DNA of 64,000 bases from Candidatus Latescibacterota bacterium (GTDB lineage: Bacteria; Krumholzibacteriota; Krumholzibacteriia; WVZY01; JAKEHA01). Where the stretch lies: positions 576,001-640,000 of the forward strand of contig OY970173.1 in the NCBI GenBank assembly GCA_963707635.1, read 5' to 3'. Positions 47,380-58,035 of this stretch are shown in pieces (the first letter of the stretch is position 1; every line of letters begins with the position of its first letter). The notes beneath the pieces are model-generated. The model searched no databases. It was not told where the DNA came from and saw only the letters and a program-made list of their open reading frames with translations. Made by a program: the position numbers and the translations under genes.

Positions 47380-48345
47380 CTGGAAAAGAAGCAGCTCACT
47401 CTCACCTGCCAGGTCGACCCGTTCCGCTCCGGGTGGACGGTCGTCGAGTTTCTCGCGCATCGGTTTCCCTACCACACCGCCGAAGGCTGGACCAAGCGCG
47501 TCCGCGAGCAATGGGTGCGGGTGAACGACGCGTTCGTTCCGCCCCACCAGGTCGTGCAGAAGAACGACTCGATTCACTACACCATCTGGCACGCCGAACC
47601 GCCCGTCGACGACCGCTACCAGGTCCTCTTCGAGGACGATCACTTTCTAGCCGTGGCCAAGTCCGGCAACATCCCGGTGCACGCGTGCGGCGTGTACATC
47701 GTGGGGACGCTGATTGCGCGCCTGCGCGCGGACTTCGGCCCGAAAATCAACCTCGTCCACCGGCTCGACCGCGAGACCAGCGGGGTAGTCATGCTGGCGA
47801 AGCACCGCGTCGCGAATCGCGAGCTGGCGCGCATGTTCGAGCGCGGAGAAATACAGAAGGAATATGTCGCCGTGGTGTACGGACGGGTGCGGCGCCGTGC
47901 CTTCACGATCGACGAACCCATCGGCACGATCGACGTTCGCCACCAGTACCCGGTCGAGTACGAATGGGGCAAGGAAAACGACCTGGCCACCTACCTCCCG
48001 AAGCGGCGCGTCGACCCCGACGGCAAGGCCGCGCGAAGCCGGGTCGAGGTGCTCGGCCACTCGGAGGCGTTCACGACCCTGCGCGTGGTGCCCGAGCAGG
48101 GCCGCACCAATCAGATTCGCGTGCACCTGGCGCACATCGGCCACCCGATCGTGGGGGATAAGATCTATGCGCTGTCGGGCGAGGTGAGGGACGAGCAACT
48201 TCGCGAGGGGCTCACGCCGCGCGTGCGCGCGGCGCTGGTGACGGCGCGCCACGCGCTCCATTGTGAATCGCTGACCTTCGTGCACCCGCTGGAGAAGCGG
48301 GCGCTCACCATCCGCGCGGAGGTGCCGGGAGAGATGCGGCCGTGA
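47380..48345 (+). CDS. RluA family pseudouridine synthase (start uncertain, possibly CTG)
   Basis: HRLDRETSG; GRTNQIRVH; HPIVGD. Confidence 0.88.
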   Translation: MEKKQLTLTCQVDPFRSGWTVVEFLAHRFPYHTAEGWTKRVREQWVRVNDAFVPPHQVVQKNDSIHYTIWHAEPPVDDRYQVLFEDDHFLAVAKSGNIPVHACGVYIVGTLIARLRADFGPKINLVHRLDRETSGVVMLAKHRVANRELARMFERGEIQKEYVAVVYGRVRRRAFTIDEPIGTIDVRHQYPVEYEWGKENDLATYLPKRRVDPDGKAARSRVEVLGHSEAFTTLRVVPEQGRTNQIRVHLAHIGHPIVGDKIYALSGEVRDEQLREGLTPRVRAALVTARHALHCESLTFVHPLEKRALTIRAEVPGEMRP

Positions 48346-49388
48346 CGCTACGTCTTCTGGCACTGGTCGCGTTGCTGTCGATGGGCTGCGGCGCCTCGCC
48401 CGTGCAGGTCACCGGGACGGTGGCATACCGCGAGGGAATCGCCTTTCCGGCTGGCGCGAAGATTCACGTCATGCTCCAGGACGCGACCGCCATGAACGCA
48501 GCTGCGATCGTCGCCGAGCAGACCGTGGTCACCGATAGCGCGCAAGCGACCGTCGAGTTCGCGTTCGAATGCGCCCCCGGCGCTATCGTTTCCGACCACC
48601 GCTACACCGTACGCGTGGAGATCGAGGTCGAGGGGGAGCTCCGTTTCATTTCGACGACGGAGTACTCGGTCATCACGCGCGGCCACCCCACTCGCGCCGA
48701 CGTGGTCGTCGAAAGCGTCTGGCGCCCGCGTATCGCGCCGCCGGAAGAGTCGGTCCCCGGCGCGACGACCTTCGTCGGCACGTATTCCTATATGGCCGAT
48801 GCCGGCCTGTTCGCTTTCTGCGGAACCGGCGCCCGCTTTCCCGTCAAGCAGCAAGGCGACAACGCGGCGCTCGAGCGCGCCTATACGAGCGTGCCGCACG
48901 AGCCCGGCGCACCGGTGGTGGTGACGATCTTCGGTCGGCTCGAGCCGTCGCAGCCGATGGAGGGCAAGCTGCCGCAGGACCACGTCATCGTGGATCGCTT
49001 TCTCCAGATCTGGCCCGACGAGACGTGCGCGAAGGTCGGCGTCGAGACGTCGTTGTCGAACACGTACTGGAAGCTGGTCGAACTGAATGGCCGGGCGGTT
49101 GCCCCACACGGGGACCAGCGGGAGGTCCACATGCTGCTCCACGGTGACGCGCGCGTCACCGGGTTCGCGGGTTGCAACCAGTTCTCCGGTGGCTACCGGC
49201 AGACGGGTCCGAATCTGCACTTCGAACAGCTCGCCACGACGTTGATGGCGTGTCCGTACTCGGACGAAGAGCGGGACTTCATGCAGGCGCTCGAGGGTGT
49301 GACCGGCTACCAGGTTCTCGGGGAGTCGCTCGATCTGCGCGGCGAATCCGGTTCGATCGCGCGTTTTCGCGCCGTGTATCTGCGGTGA
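48342..49388 (+). CDS. Lipoprotein with YbaY, NlpE-C-like and META domains
   Basis: SMGC lipobox; VTGTVAYRE; YSYMADAG.F; GCNQFSG...TLMAC. Confidence 0.85.
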   Translation: MTLRLLALVALLSMGCGASPVQVTGTVAYREGIAFPAGAKIHVMLQDATAMNAAAIVAEQTVVTDSAQATVEFAFECAPGAIVSDHRYTVRVEIEVEGELRFISTTEYSVITRGHPTRADVVVESVWRPRIAPPEESVPGATTFVGTYSYMADAGLFAFCGTGARFPVKQQGDNAALERAYTSVPHEPGAPVVVTIFGRLEPSQPMEGKLPQDHVIVDRFLQIWPDETCAKVGVETSLSNTYWKLVELNGRAVAPHGDQREVHMLLHGDARVTGFAGCNQFSGGYRQTGPNLHFEQLATTLMACPYSDEERDFMQALEGVTGYQVLGESLDLRGESGSIARFRAVYLR

Positions 49389-50335
49389 GAGACCCCGACG
49401 GCTCCTCGACCGCCCCGGCCCGCCGCCGGCTCACCGGCCGCACCGAACGCCGCGGCTCGCAGACCGGCTTCTCGGTCATCGGGGCGCTTCTCTTCGGCGG
49501 CATTTTCGTCGCTGCGGGCGTTTCGATCGCGCTCATCGGCCTCCACGTCATTCCCGTCGACCCGGGCAGTGTGCACTCGCCCTACTGGGTGATCGTCGTC
49601 GCCGGCGCATCCTTCGCGGGCGCCGGGCTGGCGGTGTGGGGGATGGCCGCAACCCAGCAGCGCGCGGAGCGCCACCGGAAGGTCGCCGCGCTCCGCTACC
49701 GCGGCTCCGAGGCGCTCAACGACTACGCCTGGAACACCCGTCGCTTCACACCGCCGCGCTGGGGGCGCGCGGCACAGTCGATCGCCATGGCCGCGTTCAT
49801 GACACTTTTCCTCTCCATGTTCAACTGGTGGGCATGGGGCGCGCACGGACCCTGGGTCGTGAAGACCGTCGTGGTCCTGCTGGACCTGCTGCTGGTGTTC
49901 GTGTGGTGGCGGGGCGTGCTCGAACTCGGCCGGGCGATCAAGTTCGGCGGGTCTCATCTCGTGTTCGAACATTTCCCGTATCGAATGGACGAGCCGGTCG
50001 CCATCCGCTGGGTACCGCCGCCGGGCATGGCGCGAGCGGATCGGGGGTCGTTCACGTTCCGTTGCGTCGAGGAGTTCTACGAGGAGCGCGGGACCGGAAA
50101 GGACCGGAGCCGGTGGTTGGTGCACGACGAATTGTGCGCGGAGACGCAGTCGTTCGACACGCGGCAGACGTTTGCGCCGGGGCGGGCGGTCGAGTTTCGT
50201 TACCAGCTGCCTGGGGACGCCCGCGCGACGAAACTTTCATCGGACCGCCCCGTGTTCTGGGAATTCGAAGCGAAGCTCTCCATGCCCGGGCTCGATTTCG
50301 ACGAACAGTATCTGGTGCCGGTGTACGATCGATGA
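49385..50335 (+). CDS. Hypothetical membrane protein
   Basis: Four TM helices then a soluble domain; GTGA overlap with the upstream gene. Confidence 0.7.
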   Translation: MRDPDGSSTAPARRRLTGRTERRGSQTGFSVIGALLFGGIFVAAGVSIALIGLHVIPVDPGSVHSPYWVIVVAGASFAGAGLAVWGMAATQQRAERHRKVAALRYRGSEALNDYAWNTRRFTPPRWGRAAQSIAMAAFMTLFLSMFNWWAWGAHGPWVVKTVVVLLDLLLVFVWWRGVLELGRAIKFGGSHLVFEHFPYRMDEPVAIRWVPPPGMARADRGSFTFRCVEEFYEERGTGKDRSRWLVHDELCAETQSFDTRQTFAPGRAVEFRYQLPGDARATKLSSDRPVFWEFEAKLSMPGLDFDEQYLVPVYDR

Positions 50336-50418
50336 CGGCGCCGGCCGGCGCGCGGGTGGCGAGACGCCACCCCGTGTGATAACCTTTCCCCGCTTCCATT
50401 TCCTCCGGAGGTCCTGCT

Positions 50419-51814
50419 GTGAAACACGCCGTGTCCGGCACGCTGGTCGTTCTCGTCGCCACACTGCTCGCGCCGTCGTGCGCGCGCCAGCCCAAGGTCA
50501 CGCCCCAGGAAGCCCGCAGCATCGCGAAAGAGGCGTATGTCTGGGCCTACCCGATGGTCGAGAACTACAAGGTCATGTACGTGTATTCGGTCTACAAGGC
50601 TCCGGACAACCCGGAGTACAAGGCACCGTTCAACGTCATCTCGAATACGGCGCGCGTGTTCACGCCGGCCGACTCGACCGTCCAGACCCCCAATTCGGAC
50701 ACGCCATACTCGATGGTGTGGATCGACCTGCGCGCCGAGCCGGTCGTGATCACGGTCCCGGACGTCGAGCCCGGGCGCTACTACTCGGCTCCAGTTCATC
50801 GACCTATATACCTTCAACTTCGACTACATCGGGACGCGCGCGACTGGAAACAAGGGCGGGAGCTATCTCATTGCGGGACCGGGCTGGAAGGGGACTGCCC
50901 CCGCCGGCGTTGCGAAGGTGATCCCGTGTGAGACCGAGTTTGCGCTGGCCGTGTTTCGCACCCAGCTCTTCCAACCCGACGACATCGAGAACGTGAAGGC
51001 GATCCAGGCTGGATACGGCGTGCAGCCCTTGAGTCAGTTCAGCGGCACCGAAGCGCCAAAAGGACCCGAGGGAATGATCTTCCCGCCGTACTCGCGCGAG
51101 AACGCCGCGTCGGCCAAGTTCTTCAGCTACGTCAATTTCCTCCTGCCGTTCTGCCCGGCGCATCCGAGCGAGGTGGAGCTGCGCACGCGCATGGCGAAGA
51201 TCGGCATCGTGCCCGGCAAGGTGTTCGACACCTCGTTCATGAACAAGGATCTGCTCGCCGCCATCGAGGCGGGGATTGCCGACGGCCGCGCGGCCATCGA
51301 CTCCACGATCGGAGCCAACACGACGGCGGCGGCGGACTGCTTCGGGACGCGCGAGTACCTGAAGAACGATTACATGAAGCGCGCGATCGCCGCGAAGATG
51401 GGCCTGTACGGGAATTCGAAGGAGGAAGCGCTCTATCCGCTGTACCGGGCAGACTCCGGCGGGCAGCCGCTCTCCGGCAGCCACGCGTACACGCTCCACT
51501 TCGGGCCGGACGGGCTCCCGCCCGTGAACGCATTCTGGTCGGTCACGATGTACGACGCGAAGCGGATGACACTGGTGGAAAACCCCATCAATCGTTATCT
51601 CGTCAATTCGCCGATGTTGCCGGATCTCGCACACGACAAGGACGGCGGGCTCACGCTCTACGTGCAGCACGAATCGCCGGGCAAGGCGAAGGAGCCGAAC
51701 TGGCTCCCGTCGCCGGCGGGGCCGTTCTACGTGGCGATGCGACTCTACCTGCCGAAACCCGAGGCGCTGGACGGGACCTGGAAAGAACCGCCGATGGTCA
51801 GCGCCGGAAAGTGA
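50419..51814 (+). CDS. DUF1254/DUF1214 lipoprotein (frameshifted around 50790-50900)
   Basis: TPNSDTPYS..WIDL; PPVNAFWSVTMYD; NWLPSP.GPF..MRLY.P. Confidence 0.85.
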
Positions 51815-51821
51815 GCTCACG

Positions 51822-52451
51822 ATGAGACGTTATTCGATTTTCGTGGTCTGGGTGTTGCTCGCCTTCGCATTCGTCCTGCCCCCGTGCGTCGTTCGAGCCG
51901 AAACCGTGCTGGGCGTTCGCGGCGGCGCCACCTTCTCCTCCCTCTCCATCGAGGACTCGTACCCCGGGGTCGAATACTCGAATCGAGACGGATTCATGAT
52001 GGGCGTGAGCGCCGGCATCACGGTCAAGGAGTGGTTGTGGCTTCGCTTCGAGCCTTCCTATGTGCAGAAGGGCGTCGTCGTGGACTGGCCGGCGGGCGCC
52101 GATTCCCTCGACAACACGCAGGAGTACGCCTATGTGATGCTTCCGATCAATGCGAAGGCGGAGGCCAGCCTGGGACCCGTGAATCCTTTTGGTGTGATGG
52201 GGTTCGCGCTCGGGTTCGTGGCGAGCAAGGCGACCGTGTTGAAAAACGGAATGCCCTATCCGGAGCCGGACATGAAGGAAGTGGACTTCACGCTCGACCT
52301 TGGCGCCGGGGTCGAGATCCCGGCCGGTTCGCTGGAATTCGTCGTCGAAGCGCGTTATTCGCTCGGGCTGGCCGATATTTCCCCCGAAAACGCATCATCC
52401 ACCAAGACGAAGACGTGGATGATCATGGGCGGCGTGGATTTCAAGCTCTAG
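51822..52451 (+). CDS. Outer-membrane beta-barrel (PorT/porin family-like)
   Basis: Signal peptide; YVQKG; EARYSLGL. Confidence 0.8.
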   Translation: MRRYSIFVVWVLLAFAFVLPPCVVRAETVLGVRGGATFSSLSIEDSYPGVEYSNRDGFMMGVSAGITVKEWLWLRFEPSYVQKGVVVDWPAGADSLDNTQEYAYVMLPINAKAEASLGPVNPFGVMGFALGFVASKATVLKNGMPYPEPDMKEVDFTLDLGAGVEIPAGSLEFVVEARYSLGLADISPENASSTKTKTWMIMGGVDFKL

Positions 52452-52467
52452 TTCGCGCAGATCCGCC

Positions 52468-52827
52468 ATGGACAAAGTCAACCTCTCCGAGAAACTTCGT
52501 CAGATCTCCGACCTCTGGAGTCCACGGATCGTGGGCGAGCTTAACGGCCAGCACGTGAAACTCGTTAAGATAAGAGGCGAGTTCATCTGGCACCACCACG
52601 ATGCCGAAGACGAGTTGTTCCTGGTGATCCACGGACGCCTGGACATGCACCTGCGCGACCGCGTCGTCACAATCCGGGAAGGCGAGTTCTTCATCGTCCC
52701 GCGCGGCGTAGAGCACAAGCCGGTCGCGGAGGCGGAAGCCCACATTCTTCTCTTCGAGCCCGCGGGAACCTTGAACACAGGAAATGTGCGCAATGAGCGC
52801 ACGCGCGAGTCGCCGGAGCGGTTGTGA
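52468..52827 (+). CDS. Cupin domain protein
   Basis: FIWHHH..EDELF; VPRGVEHKP. Confidence 0.9.
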   Translation: MDKVNLSEKLRQISDLWSPRIVGELNGQHVKLVKIRGEFIWHHHDAEDELFLVIHGRLDMHLRDRVVTIREGEFFIVPRGVEHKPVAEAEAHILLFEPAGTLNTGNVRNERTRESPERL

Positions 52828-52837
52828 TTCCGGCGCG

Positions 52838-53371
52838 CTACCGCGCCAGGTCGAAGTCCGCGTTGGCGGCGTGGTGGTAGATGATCGCCTCCGGGCTCCG
52901 GCGCACGAAGTCCCCTTCCTTCGAGTGCACGGCGATGATGTGCATCACCTCGAAGGGGAGCCCGTGTTTGAACGCCATCGCGACCCCGCTGAACGGGTGA
53001 CGGAGCATGTCGCCGCGGTGGCCCTTGCGGAGCGTCCCGTCGTCGCGCTTCTCGAATTCGATCATCTTCCCGACGTCGGCGAGGAGCGATCCGGCGAGCA
53101 GCACATCCCGGTTGATGGGCATCCGCGCGCCGTAGGACGTCGTGAGCACGTCCGCGATGGCCAGGCACATCCGCGACACGGAGCGCACGTGCCCGAGGAA
53201 CGTGCTGCCCACGCTGTCCACCAGCAGCGTGAACGGCATCTCCTTCATCTCATCGACCGTGAAGCCGCCGGTCTGGAGCGCCTCGATCCACACGTTGACC
53301 ACCTTCTCGCGCAGCGAGGCGTCCTGAATGAGTGCCAGCTCGGGGAGGGCGGAAAAGACATCGTTACGCAT
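52838..53371 (-). CDS. HD domain protein
   Basis: H...LADVGK (His replaced by Ala); LRHPFSG; HSKEG. Confidence 0.85.
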   Translation of the reverse strand: MRNDVFSALPELALIQDASLREKVVNVWIEALQTGGFTVDEMKEMPFTLLVDSVGSTFLGHVRSVSRMCLAIADVLTTSYGARMPINRDVLLAGSLLADVGKMIEFEKRDDGTLRKGHRGDMLRHPFSGVAMAFKHGLPFEVMHIIAVHSKEGDFVRRSPEAIIYHHAANADFDLAR

Positions 53372-54641
53372 GGGACACATCTCCCTGTACGGATCGGGTG
53401 AGGGGCAGATCGACGACGGTCAACGTGACGTCCAGGCCGCCGAGGCGGGCGCGGAGCCTCGTGCCGGCCTGCGCGAGCGGCGCGCGCACGTAGCCCAGGA
53501 ACAGCGCGCGCTTCAAGGCGGGTGACAGCGCGGCCGAGGTGAGGCGGCCGACCGGCTTGCGCGACGCGGCGTCGGGGTACGCCGGCGCCCCCTCCGCGGT
53601 GTCGTCCGCGGCCGACTCCACGTCGCCGTTTGCGAGCGTGAACAGCTCGACCCCCGCGACCGGCGTGTGCTCGAACGCCATCGCTGCGATATCCGCGCGC
53701 GCGTCGTCGTACGAACGCGCCAGCTCCGGCAGCTCCCGCAGGTCCTCGAGTCGCGTCGGATACGCGAGCGACTCCGGCGCGTCGTCGCCGGTCGTTAGTC
53801 CGACCAGCAGCCAGTTGGGGTGACCGCGGTAGTGCATGCGCGCGATCGTTTCCTGCCCGAGATAGCAGCCTTTCTCGTAGCTCACGTGGGTTTCGAGGCG
53901 CGCTTCCGCGGGAAAGTTGTCCTCGGTGACGTCGACGTCGAACCACGGCAGACCGCCTTCGATGCGCCGCGCGTTCCACGCCACGCGCCCCGCGAGTCGC
54001 GCGTCCATGCCGACGCCCCCCTGCACGAGGTAGTCGCGCATGCGCTCGATGTGGTCGCGGTCCACGATCACGTGCAGCCCCTTCTCGCCGGTGATCGAAT
54101 GTCGGATCACGGTGGCGCGCATGCCCTGGTACTCGTTCTCGGTGAACTTGAGTCGCTCGAGCGGCAAGGGCTCGCGGGGGAAGATGCGCCACACGAGGTC
54201 GCGGCTCTTCGGCCCCTCCACCGACAGGACGCCCAATCGGCCGGTGAGGTTTTCGAGCGCGACGTCGTCGGCGATGATGTGGGACTCGAGGGCGTCGGCG
54301 ACGCGGGGCGTCGAGCCCTGGGTCACCAGCACCAGCAGCTCCTGCGCGCGGGCGAGCACCAGCAGCTCCGCCACGACCCGGCCCTTGGTGGTGGTCATCA
54401 GGGCCTGGCACGCGGCGCCGGTCGCGAGGGCGGCGACGTCGTTGGTCACCATTGCATTCAGGAAGCGCATGCGATCCGACCCGGTGAGCCGCAGCACGCC
54501 AACGTGGGAGAGATCGACGAGTGCCACCGCGTGCGTGATGGCTTCGTACTCGAGGCGCGGGTGCGTGAATGCCTGCGGGTAGGGAACGCCGGCCATCGTC
54601 CCGAGCGGGACGTGCTCGGCGCGGTAGAGATCGACGAACAT
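53364..54641 (-). CDS. YgfZ/GcvT folate-binding protein
   Basis: KGCYLGQE signature. Confidence 0.9.
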   Translation of the reverse strand: MFVDLYRAEHVPLGTMAGVPYPQAFTHPRLEYEAITHAVALVDLSHVGVLRLTGSDRMRFLNAMVTNDVAALATGAACQALMTTTKGRVVAELLVLARAQELLVLVTQGSTPRVADALESHIIADDVALENLTGRLGVLSVEGPKSRDLVWRIFPREPLPLERLKFTENEYQGMRATVIRHSITGEKGLHVIVDRDHIERMRDYLVQGGVGMDARLAGRVAWNARRIEGGLPWFDVDVTEDNFPAEARLETHVSYEKGCYLGQETIARMHYRGHPNWLLVGLTTGDDAPESLAYPTRLEDLRELPELARSYDDARADIAAMAFEHTPVAGVELFTLANGDVESAADDTAEGAPAYPDAASRKPVGRLTSAALSPALKRALFLGYVRAPLAQAGTRLRARLGGLDVTLTVVDLPLTRSVQGDVSHA

Positions 54642-54642
54642 G

Positions 54643-55161
54643 CTACGCGAGCAGCCGCTCGCGGGCGAGGCGTACCAGCGCGGAGAGCGCGGCCTCTTCG
54701 TCGCGATTGATGGAGCGGAACTTGATGTGGACGACGTGGGCGCCTTCATCCTCGAGCGCCAGCCCGCTGGAGTCGTCGGCGTCGACGTAGTGCACGGACA
54801 GGAGGCAGCCTCCCGCGGACGGCTGAATGCCGCACACCACCTGACTCGACCCGCCGATCGAATAGAACGCCATGCCCACCTGGGCGCTACCGCGGACGTG
54901 CTCTTCGGCGTCGGGGAGAGAGTCCCGAATCAGCGCGCGCAGCCGCGTCGCGAGGTCGCGCACCGTGCGGGCGTGGGGGGCGAGCAGCATCTCGAACGTA
55001 CTGGCGATCGACGCCGAGGCGGGCAACCGCTTGCGGCGGGCGGAGCGGACGACTTTCTTCTTCGCGGGCTTTCGCTTCGCCGGCGCTCTTTTCGACCGGA
55101 CTTTCGCCGCCGCCTTCTTCTTCGGCGTGGGGCGCGATGGCTTCCGCTTTCGAGTGGCCAT
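54643..55161 (-). CDS. DUF1801-like protein with basic N-terminal tail
   Basis: MATRKRKP...KKK; LRALIRDSLPDAEE. Confidence 0.65.
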   Translation of the reverse strand: MATRKRKPSRPTPKKKAAAKVRSKRAPAKRKPAKKKVVRSARRKRLPASASIASTFEMLLAPHARTVRDLATRLRALIRDSLPDAEEHVRGSAQVGMAFYSIGGSSQVVCGIQPSAGGCLLSVHYVDADDSSGLALEDEGAHVVHIKFRSINRDEEAALSALVRLARERLLA

Positions 55162-55163
55162 GG

Positions 55164-55559
55164 TTACACGTCCGCGAGCGTCACGGTCTCGAAGAACTGG
55201 TAGAACCTCTGTTCGAGGCTGGTGAGCCCGTTCTTCACAGTGCAGCGGTCTTCGATGGAGCAGCAGCCGTCGTTGCTGGTGCACATCACCATGTGCACCG
55301 GACCCTCGATCGATTCGAAAATAGCGGCCAGCGTCACATCGGTGGCCGCCTTCGCCATGCGGTAGCCGCCCCCGCTCCCTTTCTGCGCCTCGATGATGCC
55401 GCTCTGCGAGAGACTCTGCAAGACTTTCGCGAGCAGGTTGGGCGGGAGGCTGAAGCGCGTCGCGATGTCCTTCGCGTTGGCGATGTCGCCCTCGGGAAGC
55501 GAGGCGATGTGCTTCAGGGCGATCAGCCCGTAGTCGGTTTTCATGGAAATGCGGATCAT
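55164..55559 (-). CDS. Rrf2 family transcriptional regulator
   Basis: TDYGL; G.GGGY; Cys cluster C-x5-CC-x5-C. Confidence 0.92.
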   Translation of the reverse strand: MIRISMKTDYGLIALKHIASLPEGDIANAKDIATRFSLPPNLLAKVLQSLSQSGIIEAQKGSGGGYRMAKAATDVTLAAIFESIEGPVHMVMCTSNDGCCSIEDRCTVKNGLTSLEQRFYQFFETVTLADV

Positions 55560-55606
55560 AGCGTGCTCCCGCGCGGTGGATTCCGGCCGGCCCCGGCGTC
55601 GCCTAT

Positions 55607-55635
55607 ATAATAATGAGAGACGCCCCCGCTTTCAA
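55607..55635 (-). promoter_or_regulatory. Sigma70-type promoter TTGAAA-N17-TATTAT
   Basis: Upstream of the Rrf2 gene. Confidence 0.6.
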
Positions 55636-55671
55636 CGGGTAGCAACGGCCGTGGCGCGAAGCGACGCGGCC

Positions 55672-56805
55672 CTATAAGGAGCGAAAATCCGCGGCGAGCA
55701 ATCGGTGGAAGTGGTGCTCGCCCATCTCGCGTTTGACCGAGTAGCGCCCCTGATCGTAGGACACGGACGCGAGCCCTTTCTGGACCGATTGGCAGATATC
55801 GACGTCTTCCATCTGGACGACGTCGCTCGCCGCGAGGCTTTTTTCCACGAAGGCGTCGTCGCCGGCCAGCGCCGGCAGGAAGTAGTAGTCGAAGATCACC
55901 TCGGTATAATCGTAGCCGCGCGGCAGCACCCAGTTGGTGTCCATCATCGGGCCATAGCGGTTGATCATCAGGTTGGGATAGATCCAGGCGTAGAGCACCC
56001 GATCGCCGATCCGCTCCGCGAAGTCGGCTCCGGAGTTCCCGGCGCCTCCCGCCGCCGCACCTGCTCCGGACTGGATCGAGTAGCGCTCGAAGATCTCGGT
56101 CCGGTACGAGTCCAGGTCGAGCTGGCCCGCGAGTCCCTTGTGCAGATGGCTCACGTGATATCCACCGTCGAGGTAGTTGTCGACGTAGACCTTCCAATTG
56201 CACTCGAGCGTGTACTTGCGCCGCGCGACAAACTGGAGCTTGTCGATCTCCATCTCCCGCAGACGCCGCTCCAGCTCGGTGAGCTCGCCCGCGAGCGGGC
56301 GTGGCGCATCGGACATCGAAATGAACACCAGCCCGCACCACTCGGCCACGCGCATCGGCGTCAGGCCGAATTTCGCGCGGTCGAAGTCTTTCACCGCGCC
56401 CAGCTCGGGCGCTTTGATGAGGCGGCCGTCGAGTCCGTACGTCCAGCCGTGGTACGGGCACACCAGCGACTCCGTGCAGCCGGCGCCCATTGCCACCTGC
56501 GCGGCGTGGTGGCGGCACACGTTGAAAAAGGCGCGCAGCCCTTGGTCCTCCCCGCGGACGACGACGTAGGGCTCGCCCGCCACCGAGCCGGCCACGAAGT
56601 CCCCGATATTCCGCAGCTGGTCGCTCCGCGCGGCGATGAGCCAGTTGTGCTTGAAGACGGTGTCGCGCTCGAGCGCGAAGAAGCGCCCGTCGTTGTACCA
56701 CGACTTGGGCGGGAGCCACGCGGACTCGATGGCGACGGCCGGGTCGAAGCGGCGGACTTCTTCCTGCAGCCAGGCGGTGCGGCGGTCGTGGGTGGGAGCG
56801 CTCAT
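55672..56805 (-). CDS. Rieske oxygenase alpha subunit (choline monooxygenase-like)
   Basis: CRHH...CPYHGW; NYLDGGYHVSHLH; EDVDIC. Confidence 0.9.
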   Translation of the reverse strand: MSAPTHDRRTAWLQEEVRRFDPAVAIESAWLPPKSWYNDGRFFALERDTVFKHNWLIAARSDQLRNIGDFVAGSVAGEPYVVVRGEDQGLRAFFNVCRHHAAQVAMGAGCTESLVCPYHGWTYGLDGRLIKAPELGAVKDFDRAKFGLTPMRVAEWCGLVFISMSDAPRPLAGELTELERRLREMEIDKLQFVARRKYTLECNWKVYVDNYLDGGYHVSHLHKGLAGQLDLDSYRTEIFERYSIQSGAGAAAGGAGNSGADFAERIGDRVLYAWIYPNLMINRYGPMMDTNWVLPRGYDYTEVIFDYYFLPALAGDDAFVEKSLAASDVVQMEDVDICQSVQKGLASVSYDQGRYSVKREMGEHHFHRLLAADFRSL

Positions 56806-57032
56806 GCCGGGGAGTCTAGCACGCGCTGGGCGTAAATCTGCGGCGATTGGTCAGGTTCCAACCCTGCCAGTTTTCCAAAGAAGCTGCCCATAAGAACCAA
56901 ACCCGGCCGAACAAGGTTGATATCGCCGGCCCCTCCGGCCAGCAATTTTGACACGTAAGTGAGCAAGAATTCGGCTGAAGGCCGGCATAGAGTCGAATAG
57001 ACTGTACTGGCCTGCACCAGTCGCAAACCGTC

Positions 57033-58024
57033 ATGAAATCCGAATTCCAACTCATCGATGCGTTCGCGCGCCGGATCCGGCGTGGAGGTGGCCGCACGTC
57101 CGGCGTCGTAGTTGGGGTCGGTGACGACGCGGCGGTGCTGCGCTTGAACGCCCGCGAGGATCTCGTCGTCACCACCGATTCGCTGGTCGAGGGCAGCCAC
57201 TTCGAACGGCGGTGGTTTGCGGGTCGCGAGCTCGGGTGGCGGCTGGCCGCGGTGAACTTGAGCGACATCGCGGCAATGGGCGCGCGGCCACGATACGGTC
57301 TCGTGTCTCTCGCCATCCCGCCGGTTCTGAATTCCTCCTATGTCGAAGCCATCGAGCGCGGCGTGGTCGATCATCTCGCGCGGCTACGACGCGGTGGTGG
57401 TCGGCGGCAACGTTGCGTCGACCCGCGGACCGCTGACGCTGGAGCTCACACTCATCGGCTCGTGCGCGCGTGGCCGCGCGTGGCGCCGGCGCGCGAAAGC
57501 CGGCGACGCGATTGTCGTCGCGGGGATGCTGGGCGCCGCGGCCGCGGGCATCTTCACTGCTTCGCAAGAGCAGGCGCGCGGACCCCTCGTGCGCGCGTAC
57601 CGGCAGCCCGACACCGCGCCTGGACGTCGTGCGCGCACTGTCGAGAAGCCGGAGCGTTCGCGGTGCGATCGATGTCAGCGACGGCTTCTCGAGCGATGTC
57701 ATCCACCTCTGCGAGGCGAGCGGAGTCGGATGCGACGTGGCTGGCGCCGCATTCCCGCTATCTCGCGCGGCACGTGCGTTCTGCCGGAAGCGCGGTCTGG
57801 ACCCGGTCCGGTGGGCCCTCCACGCGGGCGAGGACTACGCCCTCATTTTGAGCGTGGCTCCGCAACGTGCAGCCGAGGTTTGTCGTAGAATCCAGCGTGC
57901 CGGTTGCCCGTCCGTCGTGGTGGGTACCTTTACGAGTCGAGCTCGAGTGTACCGGCTGATCGATGGACGCGGCCGCGCGCAACGATTCAAAGCCGGCGGC
58001 TGGGATCACCTGAAGGGAAAGTAG
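57033..58024 (+). CDS. thiL: Thiamine-phosphate kinase (frameshifts near 57380 and 57610)
   Basis: EFQLI; GDDAA; NLSDIAAMG; DVSDG; GEDY; GWDH. Confidence 0.9.
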
Positions 58025-58035
58025 CTCGCTAGCCA

